Below are positions 35,784 through 45,111 of a stretch of 64,000 nt of DNA, in pieces; within the stretch, counting starts at the first letter, position 1, and the number at the start of each line of letters is the position of its first letter. The position numbers were made by a program, and so were the translations under genes. The notes beneath the pieces are model-generated. The model had not been told where the DNA came from and ran no database searches. It saw only the letters and a list, made by a program, of their open reading frames with translations. Source of the DNA: Minisyncoccota bacterium (lineage in GTDB: Bacteria > Patescibacteriota > Minisyncoccia > Phycocordibacterales > UBA9973); assembly GCA_041661005.1 (NCBI GenBank), contig JBAZVG010000001.1, positions 114,116 to 178,115 on the forward strand, read 5' to 3'.

Positions 35784-36314
35784 ATGAAAATTGTTGTTGG
35801 TTTAGGAAACCCTGGAACTGAATATGAAAATACCAGACACAATACTGGACGTATTATGGTTGGTTTGGTTGAAAAGAAGTTGGAAGACAAATTAAAAATA
35901 AAATTTATTACTCCAGATACTTTTATGAATAATTCTGGCCGTGCCATAACACCTTTCGTAAAAGTAAAAAAAGATTTAAAAGATCTTGTGGTTATTTATG
36001 ATGATATTGATTTACCGTTAGGAAAAATAAAAATTTCTTTCAATCGATCTTCCGGCGGACATAATGGACTTAATTCTGTTATCAAGGCTCTAAAAAGCGA
36101 AGAATTTTTGCGAATACGCGTGGGTATATCTCCAGCCACCCCAAAAGGCGTGGTCAAAAAACCGAAAGGGGAGAAAGCAATGCTTAATTTCTTACTAGGG
36201 GAATTCAAAAAATCAGAATTAGAAACTCTCAAAAAACTTTCCAAAAAAATTACGGAAGCAGTGGAAATCATTTTTACCGAAAGCAAAGAAAAAGCGATGT
36301 CTCTCTATAATTAG
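35784..36314 (+). CDS. pth: peptidyl-tRNA hydrolase
   Basis: MKIVVGLGNPGTEYENTRHNTGRIMV. Confidence 0.85.
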   Translation: MKIVVGLGNPGTEYENTRHNTGRIMVGLVEKKLEDKLKIKFITPDTFMNNSGRAITPFVKVKKDLKDLVVIYDDIDLPLGKIKISFNRSSGGHNGLNSVIKALKSEEFLRIRVGISPATPKGVVKKPKGEKAMLNFLLGEFKKSELETLKKLSKKITEAVEIIFTESKEKAMSLYN

Positions 36315-36322
36315 TTTTTGAA

Positions 36323-36502
36323 TTACGGATTATCATCTCTAAGATTTTCTTCTTGTTGTTCTATAAAAAATAATTTTTCTTTTGCGCTTAGTGTCAAACC
36401 TTGCTGTCTTTTAGCGCGAATAATCTCAGCCATTTTTATGCGTTTTTGTTCATCTAATTGTTCCTGCGAGGGGACTGTCTTTCTTTCTATTTTTTCTTTC
36501 AT
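36323..36502 (-). CDS. small hypothetical protein (59 aa) downstream of dnaE, not in the ORF track
   Basis: Hand-translated MKEKIERKTVPSQEQLDEQKRIKMAEIIRAKRQQGLTLSAKEKLFFIEQQEENLRDDNP. Preferred over the plus-strand ORF 36318..36560. Confidence 0.3.
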   Translation of the reverse strand: MKEKIERKTVPSQEQLDEQKRIKMAEIIRAKRQQGLTLSAKEKLFFIEQQEENLRDDNP

Positions 36503-36531
36503 TTTTGAAAATAAAATTATTAATAAAAAAT

Positions 36532-39500
36532 CTAGACCTCTTTTACTGCTTCTATTATGATGCTTTTTTCGCCATTACGCAAAGAAATTTTTCCTGAAAT
36601 GGCGATGCATTTTTCAGCAACCAAAATATCCACTGACTCTTTAAATATAGAAGGGAAAGCTACGGCTTCTATCGAACCAGTCAAATCGGCAATTTTTAAG
36701 AATGCCATTCTCTCATTATTTTTTGTTACGACCTGTCTCGAATTTTCAATTATTCCGGCGATAGTTATTTGTATTCCATTGCCTACATTTTCTTTTATTT
36801 TTTTAATATTCATATCTCTGCTTTCTAATTTCTCACGAAGGCGATCAAGCGGATGTCCGGAAATATATAGTCCTAACAATTCTTTTTCCCAAAGTAATTT
36901 TTCTGATTGATTTGCATTTAGCGCCGGTTGGAGATTGAAAGATGGAGTTTGAGTTTTTAGGTTTCCAAAAAGGGAAGTTTGATTTTCGTTTTGTTTATTT
37001 ATTTCGTGATTATATAAGAGCATGTTTTCCAAATTTACAAGCATTACTCCGCGATCGCTCCATTCATCCATGCATCCGGATTTGATTAAGGCCTCCATAG
37101 ATTTTTTGTTTAAATTTTTATGTTTAATTCTATCTAAAAAATCGGAGATGGACTTGAATTTTCCATTTAGTTTTCTTTCCGCAATAATAGAATCAGAGAT
37201 GTCAGTTCCTAAATTTTTTATTGTATAAAATCCGAATCTTATTTTTTCGCTTTTGTTCTCACTGCTCACTGGTCGACTTGAATCTTTAGGCAGGCAAGTA
37301 AATCCTCCATAACTTTCATTGATATGCGGAGGCAGAACAGGAATTTCCATATTTTTGCATTCTTTGATTATTTCAGATATTTTTTCCACGTCTCCGGACT
37401 CTGCGGTCAAGATGGCCGCCATATATTCCACTCCATAATTTGCTTTCATGTAGGCTGTCTGATAGGCGACCTTGCCATAGCTCGCGGCATGCGCTTTGTT
37501 GAATCCATAAGCTTGAAACGGTTCAAAAAGTTTCCAAAGTTTTTCAGCGAATTCTGGCGTTTGCCCGTTTGAAATAATTCCTTTAGTGAATTTTTCTCTT
37601 TGAGCCGCCATTTCTTTTGGTATTTTCTTACCAACGGCTTTACGAAATTTATCTGCTTCTTCCCAATTATAGCCGGCAAGTTCTATGGCGCAAAAAAGGA
37701 GGTCGTCTTGATAAACAATAAGTCCATAAGATTCTTTCAAGAATTTTTTCATTCGCGGATCTAAATATTTCACAAGTTTTGGGTTGTGTTTTCGTTTGAT
37801 GTATTCAGGGATAGATTCCATCGGACCCGGACGATACAAAGCAACCATCGCATTGATATCGTGAATAGATGTCGGTTTCAATTCCTTTAGATATCGGGTC
37901 ATGCCAGAACCATTTAATTGAAATAATCCTTCGGTTTGTCCGGAAGCTAGCAGTGCAAAAGTTTTTCTATCATCGAGTGGGACACGCTCTATGTCGATGT
38001 TGATGTTATAAAATCTTTTTACCAGACTTACCGCATCGGCCAGAATCGACAAATTTCTGATTCCTAGAAAATCAAACTTCAGAAGTCCTGCCTCCTCAAT
38101 GTTATACATATCGTACTGAGTAATTATTTTATTTTCTCCCTTAGGATCGTATTGAAGTGGAACATATTCTACGAGTGGCAATGGCGAGATGACGACTCCA
38201 GCGGCATGCACAGAAATGTGTCTGACACATCCCTCGAGTTTTTTTGCTAAGTCTATTATCTTTTTCGTATCCTTTTCCGTTTTATATGCTTCCTTAAATT
38301 CGCTAACTATTTCCATTGCGTGGTTTATGGTCATCGGCATGCCTTGGGAACCCATTGGAATCATTTTGGAAAGTCTGTCGCCGACGGCGTATGGATACCC
38401 GAGCGCGCGAGCTACGTCTTTTACCGCGCCACGTGCCATCATCGTGCCGAAAGTTCCGATTTGAGCTACATGATTCTCGCCGTATTTCTTTTTTACATAT
38501 TCAATCATTTCATCTCGCCTATTGTCAGCAAAATCCATATCAATATCCGGTGGCGATGGACGGAATGGATTCAAAAATCTCTCGAAGGGCAGTTTGTATT
38601 CTATCGGATCGACGTTGGTAATTCCGAGCAGATATGTCGCCATTGATCCAGCGACTGAACCTCTGATTGTTGTTAAAATTCCGTTTTCTTTGGCATGTCT
38701 TAATAGATCGCCAACTACTAGAAAATACGGCGCATACCCTTTGTCTTTAATGACTTTCAATTCATACTCTACGCGTTCTTTAATTTCAGGTGTTTCTTCC
38801 AAATTTAATCTTTTGAAACCATCATATGTGAGCTCTCGGAGTTTCTCGTCATAATTTTTTCCGTCGGTAACTTTAAAATCGGGAAAAACCCATCGCCCAA
38901 GCTCAAGTTCTAAATTGCACATGTCTGCCACTTTCATTGTATTTTCCACTGCCTCTGGAATGTCTTTAAAAATTTCCAGCGCTTTTTTTGTATCAATAAA
39001 AGAAAAATCATCATCAGAGAATTCAAATTTAGCTCCGTCCTTCACATCACCCTGAGTGTTTATCTGGAGGAGAGTGTGGTGCGCGTCATGATCATCACTG
39101 CACGGATAATGCGAATCTTGCGTTCCGACAACTCCGATATTGTGTTTTTTAGCTAGCTTGATTAAAGTTTCTCGAACTATTTTGTCATTTTCTACTGAGG
39201 GGTGGTGTTGGATTTCTATAAAATAATTTTCTTTGCCGAAGATAGCTTGATATTCTAAAACGAGTTCGTCGGCTTTGCTTAAGTCGCCTAAGACAGGCTC
39301 TCCGCCTGTCCGGCCGACCAATCCTTTGGATTGGTTTAGGCCTTTTAAAACTGTTTGCGACAGTTCTCCACCTAGACATCCCGATAGGGCAATGATGCCT
39401 TTTGAATATTGCCTCAGTATTTCTTTGTCCATTCTCGGCTTGTAATAATATCCTTCTAGGTTTGCGAGAGTGACCAGTTTAATTAAATTTTTGTATCCTT

Positions 39501-39804
39501 CCAGATTTTTTGCGAGCAAAGTCAGGTGATAATATCTTTTTGTGCCTCCGGCTTCTATCGCCCTATCTTTGCGATTCCCAGCTGTCATATATGCTTCTAC
39601 TCCGATGATCGGTTTGATGCCTTCTTTTTTAGCAAGTTTATAAAATTCAATCGCGCCATACATATTGCCGTGGTCAGTGATGGCCATTGCCGGCATTCCA
39701 GACTTCTTTGCGAGTGCCATCAAATCCTCAAGCTTCGAAAGCCCGTCTAGAAGGGAATAGTGTGAGTGAGTATGCAAATGGACGAATTTCAGTTCTTTTT
39801 CCAT
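36532..39804 (-). CDS. dnaE: DNA polymerase III alpha subunit
   Basis: N-terminal PHP HLHTHSHYSLLDG, polymerase core motifs, 1090 aa. Confidence 0.9.
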   Translation of the reverse strand: MEKELKFVHLHTHSHYSLLDGLSKLEDLMALAKKSGMPAMAITDHGNMYGAIEFYKLAKKEGIKPIIGVEAYMTAGNRKDRAIEAGGTKRYYHLTLLAKNLEGYKNLIKLVTLANLEGYYYKPRMDKEILRQYSKGIIALSGCLGGELSQTVLKGLNQSKGLVGRTGGEPVLGDLSKADELVLEYQAIFGKENYFIEIQHHPSVENDKIVRETLIKLAKKHNIGVVGTQDSHYPCSDDHDAHHTLLQINTQGDVKDGAKFEFSDDDFSFIDTKKALEIFKDIPEAVENTMKVADMCNLELELGRWVFPDFKVTDGKNYDEKLRELTYDGFKRLNLEETPEIKERVEYELKVIKDKGYAPYFLVVGDLLRHAKENGILTTIRGSVAGSMATYLLGITNVDPIEYKLPFERFLNPFRPSPPDIDMDFADNRRDEMIEYVKKKYGENHVAQIGTFGTMMARGAVKDVARALGYPYAVGDRLSKMIPMGSQGMPMTINHAMEIVSEFKEAYKTEKDTKKIIDLAKKLEGCVRHISVHAAGVVISPLPLVEYVPLQYDPKGENKIITQYDMYNIEEAGLLKFDFLGIRNLSILADAVSLVKRFYNINIDIERVPLDDRKTFALLASGQTEGLFQLNGSGMTRYLKELKPTSIHDINAMVALYRPGPMESIPEYIKRKHNPKLVKYLDPRMKKFLKESYGLIVYQDDLLFCAIELAGYNWEEADKFRKAVGKKIPKEMAAQREKFTKGIISNGQTPEFAEKLWKLFEPFQAYGFNKAHAASYGKVAYQTAYMKANYGVEYMAAILTAESGDVEKISEIIKECKNMEIPVLPPHINESYGGFTCLPKDSSRPVSSENKSEKIRFGFYTIKNLGTDISDSIIAERKLNGKFKSISDFLDRIKHKNLNKKSMEALIKSGCMDEWSDRGVMLVNLENMLLYNHEINKQNENQTSLFGNLKTQTPSFNLQPALNANQSEKLLWEKELLGLYISGHPLDRLREKLESRDMNIKKIKENVGNGIQITIAGIIENSRQVVTKNNERMAFLKIADLTGSIEAVAFPSIFKESVDILVAEKCIAISGKISLRNGEKSIIIEAVKEV

Positions 39805-39848
39805 TTTTCAATAATAGCACTTTTTTATGTTTTTGATATAATATGAAT

Positions 39849-40922
39849 ATGCGAAAAATAAAAATTGGAATTAACGGGTTTGGCAGGATAGGTAGAGCTT
39901 TTTTGAAAGTGGCTTGGGATAGACCAGAGATTGAAATAGTGGCGGTGAATGATTTGGGGTCCGTCGAAAACATGGCTTACTTACTTAAATACGATAGTGT
40001 GTATAGAGAATGGACTCATCCCGTGCGAGCAAGCTCTAACGGGACAAGTGAAAATTATATCGAGATAGGTGATAAGAAGGTCAAAGTTTTGGCAGAGAAA
40101 GATCCGAGCAGGCTTCCATGGAAAGATTTGGGTGTGGATGTGGTTGTGGAATCAACAGGACTTTTTACAACATATGACAAGGCAAAAGCGCATCTAGATG
40201 CCGGCGCAAAAAAAGTTGTCATTTCTGCTCCCTTTGCCGCGCCGAAGCTTGGAGCGGAGGTGGGCGCCTATGCCGAAGGCTACGACGTCCCGAAGGGTGA
40301 GACAATTTTGCTTGGTGTGAATGAAGAAAAGTTCGGCACTTGTGATATTACTTCCAATGCATCCTGCACCACGAATGCAGCTTCGCCATTCATTGCGATT
40401 TTAGACGAAGCTTTAGGTATCGAGAAAGCAATTTTAAATACCGTGCATGGTTACACCGCGAGCCAATCCATCGTCGATGGACCAAATAAAAAAGATTTTC
40501 GTGAAGGTCGCGCGGCAGCGCAGAATATCGTGCCTTCTTCTACTGGTGCGGCTATCGCTGTGACGAAAGCATTTACGAAACTTGAAGGTCTTTTTGATGG
40601 TATCTCGATGCGAGTGCCGGTGCCAGCGGGGTCAATCGTTGACATTACTTTCATTTCCAAGAAAGACACAACCAAAGAAGAAGTAAATGAAATTCTCAAA
40701 AAAGCATCAAAGGAAAAAAGATGGGAGGGGATTTTTAGTGTTACAGAAGAAGATCTTGTTTCAAGTGATATCCTAGGTAGCCCGTATGGATCTATCGCTG
40801 ACTTGAAATTAACTCGGGTTGTCGGAGGAAATTTGATAAAAGTAATGGGTTGGTATGACAACGAAATGGGGTATACATATACGCTCGTTGAACATGTAAT
40901 TAAAGCAGGGAGATTAATCTAA
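39849..40922 (+). CDS. gap: glyceraldehyde-3-phosphate dehydrogenase (type I)
   Basis: IGINGFGRIGR, SNASCTTN active site. Extended -10 TGATATAAT (39834..39842) sits 6 nt before this ATG, so the leaderless start at 39849 is preferred over the listed 39843. Confidence 0.85.
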   Translation: MRKIKIGINGFGRIGRAFLKVAWDRPEIEIVAVNDLGSVENMAYLLKYDSVYREWTHPVRASSNGTSENYIEIGDKKVKVLAEKDPSRLPWKDLGVDVVVESTGLFTTYDKAKAHLDAGAKKVVISAPFAAPKLGAEVGAYAEGYDVPKGETILLGVNEEKFGTCDITSNASCTTNAASPFIAILDEALGIEKAILNTVHGYTASQSIVDGPNKKDFREGRAAAQNIVPSSTGAAIAVTKAFTKLEGLFDGISMRVPVPAGSIVDITFISKKDTTKEEVNEILKKASKEKRWEGIFSVTEEDLVSSDILGSPYGSIADLKLTRVVGGNLIKVMGWYDNEMGYTYTLVEHVIKAGRLI

Positions 40923-40926
40923 CACC

Positions 40927-41112
40927 ATGAAAACACCAACTAATAAATTGTTACTTATTATTTTGATTGTTAGTCTTCTAATCAATGTATATGTAGTGAT
41001 TGGAATTGGATTCGCCAACGAACATTTGCGTAATTGTGATGAAAGTCAACCAGCTAGTATTCCATGTAAGGATAGAGTTGTACTGGACATAATAACTTGG
41101 CCACTTAACTAG
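40927..41112 (+). CDS. small hydrophobic ORF (61 aa) inserted between duplicated gap 3' ends
   Basis: ORF-track ORF. One TM helix. Confidence 0.3.
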   Translation: MKTPTNKLLLIILIVSLLINVYVVIGIGFANEHLRNCDESQPASIPCKDRVVLDIITWPLN

Positions 41113-41190
41113 TATGGTATGACAACGAAATGGGGTATACGTACACATTAGTGGAGCATGTTATTAAAACTGGTGGGAGTATAAAATAAT
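41113..41190 (+). repeat. degenerate duplicate of the gap 3' end (encodes WYDNEMGYTYTLVEHVIKTGGSIK*)
   Basis: About 80% nt identity with 40849..40922 over roughly 60 nt, in the same frame. Confidence 0.6.
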
Positions 41191-41192
41191 TT

Positions 41193-41441
41193 ATGAAAAT
41201 ACAAAAGAACATCGTTATTTCTTTTATAATGTTATTAATTCAGTTTGCCATTATTTGGATTCCAGAATTCTTAAGTTTTACGATACCGCAAAAAATAGGT
41301 ACGATTTTATTTTGGATTTTTGGAGTAATATCTCTTATCTTCGCTCTGATTTCTCTCATTAAAAGGGAGGCCGCATCAGGAGTTGGAATTATACTTTTGG
41401 AATTTCTGTTCTTCTACTGGTTTGTATTGATGGGTAGGTAA
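41193..41441 (+). CDS. small membrane protein (82 aa)
   Basis: Three hydrophobic segments. Confidence 0.4.
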   Translation: MKIQKNIVISFIMLLIQFAIIWIPEFLSFTIPQKIGTILFWIFGVISLIFALISLIKREAASGVGIILLEFLFFYWFVLMGR

Positions 41442-41460
41442 TTTAGATACTTCCCTTGTC

Positions 41461-41850
41461 ATGTCTAAAGATTTCAAAGATTGGCATATTGAGAAAAGTG
41501 ATTTGCATGAAAATAAAGTTCGGGCATTTTTTCATGAGCGAGAAGTTTGGTTTGCTTCAATTGGGGTAAATATTGGTTTCGAACAAGATGGTAAACATGA
41601 AAAGTTTCTGCGGCCTATAATTGTTGTAAAGAAATTCAATAACGAGGTATGTTGGGGAATACCAACAACAAAGAAAAATAAAAAGGGTAAATATTATTTT
41701 TCTTTTGAATACAAGGAAGGAGAATCTACAACTGTCATTCTTTCACAACTAAGACTTATTGATAGTAAGCGTCTAGATTATAAGATAGGTTCCATGAAAG
41801 AAAGTGATTTTACTGAAATGAAAAAGCGCCTTATGTCATTTCTGAAATAA
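41461..41850 (+). CDS. MazF/PemK(Kid)-family toxin-like protein
   Basis: REVWFASIGVNIGFEQDGKHEKFLRPIIVVKKFNN....IPTT aligns with the Kid/MazF GEIWLVSLDPTAGHEQ.G.RPVLIVT..FN....PVTS core. C-terminal RLIDSKRL also aligns. Confidence 0.55.
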   Translation: MSKDFKDWHIEKSDLHENKVRAFFHEREVWFASIGVNIGFEQDGKHEKFLRPIIVVKKFNNEVCWGIPTTKKNKKGKYYFSFEYKEGESTTVILSQLRLIDSKRLDYKIGSMKESDFTEMKKRLMSFLK

Positions 41851-42024
41851 AGCGCTCTTTCTCTTTTGACCCCTTTCGGGGAGGGCCGAAGCCATTTGTA
41901 CAGTAAGTATATCATACGAACGGACGAAAAGTCAAGGTTATCCACAGTCCTCCCATTTTGTCCTTTAGTTGCTATATAAAACCCTTCTTTATAAACTTTC
42001 AAAAATGTTATCAACAAGAGTGTA

Positions 42025-42053
42025 TTGACCTAGGGCAATATTTTTGGTATGAT
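42025..42053 (+). promoter_or_regulatory. sigma-70-type promoter for infA
   Basis: TTGACC - 17 nt - TATGAT, 11 nt upstream of the infA ATG. Confidence 0.5.
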
Positions 42054-42064
42054 TTTACGACCAA

Positions 42065-42310
42065 ATGAGTGATCTGAAAAATGATAAAATTTTAGTGGCG
42101 CGGGGGATTGTCACTGAAGCATTGCCATCTACTTTGTTTAGAGTACGAATGGAAGACAAAAATACGAGTGGAGTGGAAGAAAAAAAAGAAATTTTGGCGT
42201 ATCTTTCAGGAAAAATGCGCATGCACAGAATCAAAGTTTTAATAGGGGATGCGGTTGAAGTAGTGCTCGATCCATACGGCGGAAAAGGAAGAATCGTTAA
42301 AAGATTGTAA
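42065..42310 (+). CDS. infA: translation initiation factor IF-1 (with a short insertion)
   Basis: S1-like: GIVTEALPSTLFRVRMED...ILAYLSGKMRMHRIKVLIGDAVEVVLDPY. Confidence 0.8.
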   Translation: MSDLKNDKILVARGIVTEALPSTLFRVRMEDKNTSGVEEKKEILAYLSGKMRMHRIKVLIGDAVEVVLDPYGGKGRIVKRL

Positions 42311-42479
42311 GGGGGTTGTATTATTTTTAATAATAGTGTATTATATAATTCATAGTTTGTATTTGATTTAAAAAAAATAATAGTATTGAAAAATAAGGGT
42401 GTTTTCCTTGTTTTTTGTTTTTAATAAATAATCAATCATATATACAGTAGCGAAAACACTAGAGTGTAAATTTTAAAAA

Positions 42480-42590
42480 ATGAAAATTAAATCGGCGGTA
42501 AAAAAAATTTGTGATAATTGTAAAATGGTTAAAAGAGCCAGACATTTAAGAATAACTTGCTCTAATCCTAAGCATAAACAAAAACAATAA
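42480..42590 (+). CDS. rpmJ: 50S ribosomal protein L36
   Basis: Hand-translated [36 protein letters not shown] (36 aa). Not in the ORF track. Confidence 0.85.
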   Translation: MKIKSAVKKICDNCKMVKRARHLRITCSNPKHKQKQ

Positions 42591-42596
42591 TAATTT

Positions 42597-42977
42597 ATGA
42601 GAATTCTTGGAATCACAGTGCCAGACGAGAAGAGACTTGAAATTGGTTTGACCTGCCTTTATGGTATTGGTGTTTCAAAAGCTCGCCAGATTTTAGATCA
42701 GTCAGGTATCGATCGGGGCCGTCGCGCAAAAGATTTAACTTTAGAGGAAGAAAATAAAATTCGCGTTATTATCGAAAAAATTTTAATAGAAGGAAATCTG
42801 AAAAGAGAAATATCAGCCAATATCAAGAGATTGAAAGATATAAAAAGTTATCGAGGTGTTCGTCATATAAAGAGGTTGCCAGTTCGCGGACAGAGAACGA
42901 AGACAAATTCAAGGACTGTCAGGGGTAATGTGCGAAAGACGATGGCATCAGGTAAGAGAAAAGAAAGCAAGACATAA
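42597..42977 (+). CDS. rpsM: 30S ribosomal protein S13
   Basis: MRILGITVPDEKRLEIGLTCLYGIG. Confidence 0.9.
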   Translation: MRILGITVPDEKRLEIGLTCLYGIGVSKARQILDQSGIDRGRRAKDLTLEEENKIRVIIEKILIEGNLKREISANIKRLKDIKSYRGVRHIKRLPVRGQRTKTNSRTVRGNVRKTMASGKRKESKT

Positions 42978-42979
42978 AA

Positions 42980-43411
42980 ATGACAAAAACCAAAACCACA
43001 ACTGAAGAAGCCAAACCTGAAGTAGAAGAGGTCAAGAAGGTTGCCCCAAAAACACCAAAGAAGAAAGTAACTTCCGGCATCCTTTCTATCGACGCTACCT
43101 TTAATAATACCAAAGTACTTTTTGCGGACAAAATAGGTAATACTTTATTCTGGTCAAGCGCGGGAAGTCTGGGTTTCAGAGGAGCAAAGAAAGGAACACC
43201 ATTTGCGGCTTCAAAGGTTGGCGATGTTATCGGGAGCAAGGCTGCGATACTTGGAGTCAAAGATGCGGATGTGGTGGTTCTCGGAGTCGGGTCTGGACGC
43301 GAGCCTGCAATCAGAGCTTTTATGGCTCACGGAATTGAAATTACTTCCGTTTGCGATGCTACTCCGGTGCCTCACAATGGACCAAAAGCCAAGAAGCCTA
43401 GAAGAGTATAA
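42980..43411 (+). CDS. rpsK: 30S ribosomal protein S11
   Basis: GILSIDATFNNTKVLFADKIGNTLFWSSAGSLGFRGAKK. Confidence 0.9.
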   Translation: MTKTKTTTEEAKPEVEEVKKVAPKTPKKKVTSGILSIDATFNNTKVLFADKIGNTLFWSSAGSLGFRGAKKGTPFAASKVGDVIGSKAAILGVKDADVVVLGVGSGREPAIRAFMAHGIEITSVCDATPVPHNGPKAKKPRRV

Positions 43412-43430
43412 TTTTTTATAACTAAAATCT

Positions 43431-44036
43431 ATGATATCAAAACCAAAATTTAAAATTTGCAGAAGGCTAGGTCCAGGAGTTTACGACAAATGTCAAACTT
43501 CTAAGTTTACAGTTGCGTATTCGAAAGGCAGTTCTCTTACTGCGCGACGCCCAAAAGCTCCTTCTGAATATGGAGCGCAACTTATTGAAAAACAAAAAAT
43601 ACGATTTTCATATGGTGTGACTGAACGTCAACTTTCAAATTATGTCAAAAAAGCCATCAGTAGCAAGGGTTCCGGCGCGGCGGCTATGCTTTATGAAGTG
43701 CTTGAATTCCGTCTTGACAACGCTATTTACAGAATGGGTCTCAGCCCTAGCAGACGTGCGGCCAGGCAGATGGTTTCTCATGGGCATTTTATTGTTAATG
43801 ACAAAAGAGTCACTATTCCTTCATACGAATTAAAATCCGGAGATGTTGTAAAAATCCGCGAGGGGTCCAAGGCAAAGAAAATTTTTGATAATATATCTGA
43901 GAAAATTAAAGATTACAATCCTCCAGCATGGATAACTTTCACCACTGCCGGCATGGAGGGGCGTATTTTAGATAAACCAAAAAACACAGAAAGCTTCATT
44001 GATTTGAATGCGGTTCTTGAGTTTTATAGTCGTTAA
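43431..44036 (+). CDS. rpsD: 30S ribosomal protein S4
   Basis: S4 domain SRRAARQMVSHGHFIVNDKRVTIPSYELKSGDVV. Confidence 0.9.
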   Translation: MISKPKFKICRRLGPGVYDKCQTSKFTVAYSKGSSLTARRPKAPSEYGAQLIEKQKIRFSYGVTERQLSNYVKKAISSKGSGAAAMLYEVLEFRLDNAIYRMGLSPSRRAARQMVSHGHFIVNDKRVTIPSYELKSGDVVKIREGSKAKKIFDNISEKIKDYNPPAWITFTTAGMEGRILDKPKNTESFIDLNAVLEFYSR

Positions 44037-44101
44037 ATTTATCCGTTAAAAGCGGACAATTATTATTAAAATTAATTAAAAGCTAACTTTTTACAAAAAT
44101 T

Positions 44102-45091
44102 ATGTCTGAATATAAAATAGTTATGCCCTCCAAGCCTCGTGTCGTAGTCGAGGAAGGAAATAAGGGAGTATTTGAAATAGATGGTCTGTATCCCGGGTAT
44201 GGTCATACGTTGGGAAATAGTCTCCGAAGAATCATTCTTTCTTCCTTGCCGGGCGCTAGCATCACATCAATCAAGATTGATGGAGTAAATCATGAATTTC
44301 AAACTCTTGACGGGATAAAAGAAGACGTAATTGTTATGATTTTAAACTTGAAAAAGATTCGTTTGAAAATGATATCTGACGAGCCTCAAGTAGTGACTCT
44401 TTCCATCAAAGGCCCAAAAGAGGTCACGGCGGGAGATCTAAAAACAGGTGGACAGGTAGAAGTTTTGAATCCAGAACTTCACATTGTAGAAGTTACCGGC
44501 AAAATTAATTTAAATATTGAAATGAGAATAGAAAAAGGACTCGGGTTTATACCTAAAGAAATTTTTCAAAAAGAAAAAGTTGATGTCGGCACTATCGCTG
44601 TTGACGCTATTTTCACTCCGGTTCGTCGAGTTTCTTATGAGGTTGAGAACATGCGTGTTGGAGACAAGACTAATCACAATCGCCTGAGGATTTCGATTGA
44701 GACAGACGGCACACTCTCTCCGCGCGAAGCTCTTTCACGATCTATCGAAATCATGATCAATCAATTGAAAGCTATTGTTGATTTCAAAGAACCGATTCCA
44801 ACCCTTGAAGAGACGGAAACTCGCGCCACTGATGATTCTCAAGACAGCGCAAAAGAAGATACGGACGCAAAGAAAGGTGATGCCTTTGCTGATGTTTTAA
44901 AGACCAGAATCGACAGTCTGGATCTTTCCACCAGAACATTAAACGCTTTGACTGGCGCGAATATTCGCACCTTGGGAGGGTTAGCTCGAAAGAAAAGGGA
45001 AGATCTGCTTGAAGTTGAAGGTATCGGCGAAAAAGGAATTTCTGAGATTAAGAAAATTCTCAGCAAATTCGGCCTAAATTTAAAAGAGTAA
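44102..45091 (+). CDS. rpoA: DNA-directed RNA polymerase alpha subunit
   Basis: Position in the r-protein operon. N-terminal dimerisation and C-terminal helix-hairpin-helix region (LDLSTRTLNAL). Confidence 0.9.
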   Translation: MSEYKIVMPSKPRVVVEEGNKGVFEIDGLYPGYGHTLGNSLRRIILSSLPGASITSIKIDGVNHEFQTLDGIKEDVIVMILNLKKIRLKMISDEPQVVTLSIKGPKEVTAGDLKTGGQVEVLNPELHIVEVTGKINLNIEMRIEKGLGFIPKEIFQKEKVDVGTIAVDAIFTPVRRVSYEVENMRVGDKTNHNRLRISIETDGTLSPREALSRSIEIMINQLKAIVDFKEPIPTLEETETRATDDSQDSAKEDTDAKKGDAFADVLKTRIDSLDLSTRTLNALTGANIRTLGGLARKKREDLLEVEGIGEKGISEIKKILSKFGLNLKE

Positions 45092-45111
45092 TGAGTATTT
45101 AAGAGAATAAC

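Noticed and set aside
36318-36560. Plus-strand 80-aa ORF after pth
   Set aside because: Its translation is low-complexity (SSCCS..., LLLLL). A more plausible 59-aa minus-strand ORF (36323..36502) occupies the same space.
38189-38854. Several plus-strand ORFs inside dnaE
   Set aside because: They are antisense to a long, well-supported DNA polymerase III alpha CDS.
41778-42017. Minus-strand 79-aa ORF overlapping the MazF-like gene end and the infA promoter region
   Set aside because: It overlaps a better-supported CDS and a promoter, with no motif. It is likely spurious. The region 41851..42024 may instead be structured RNA or regulatory.
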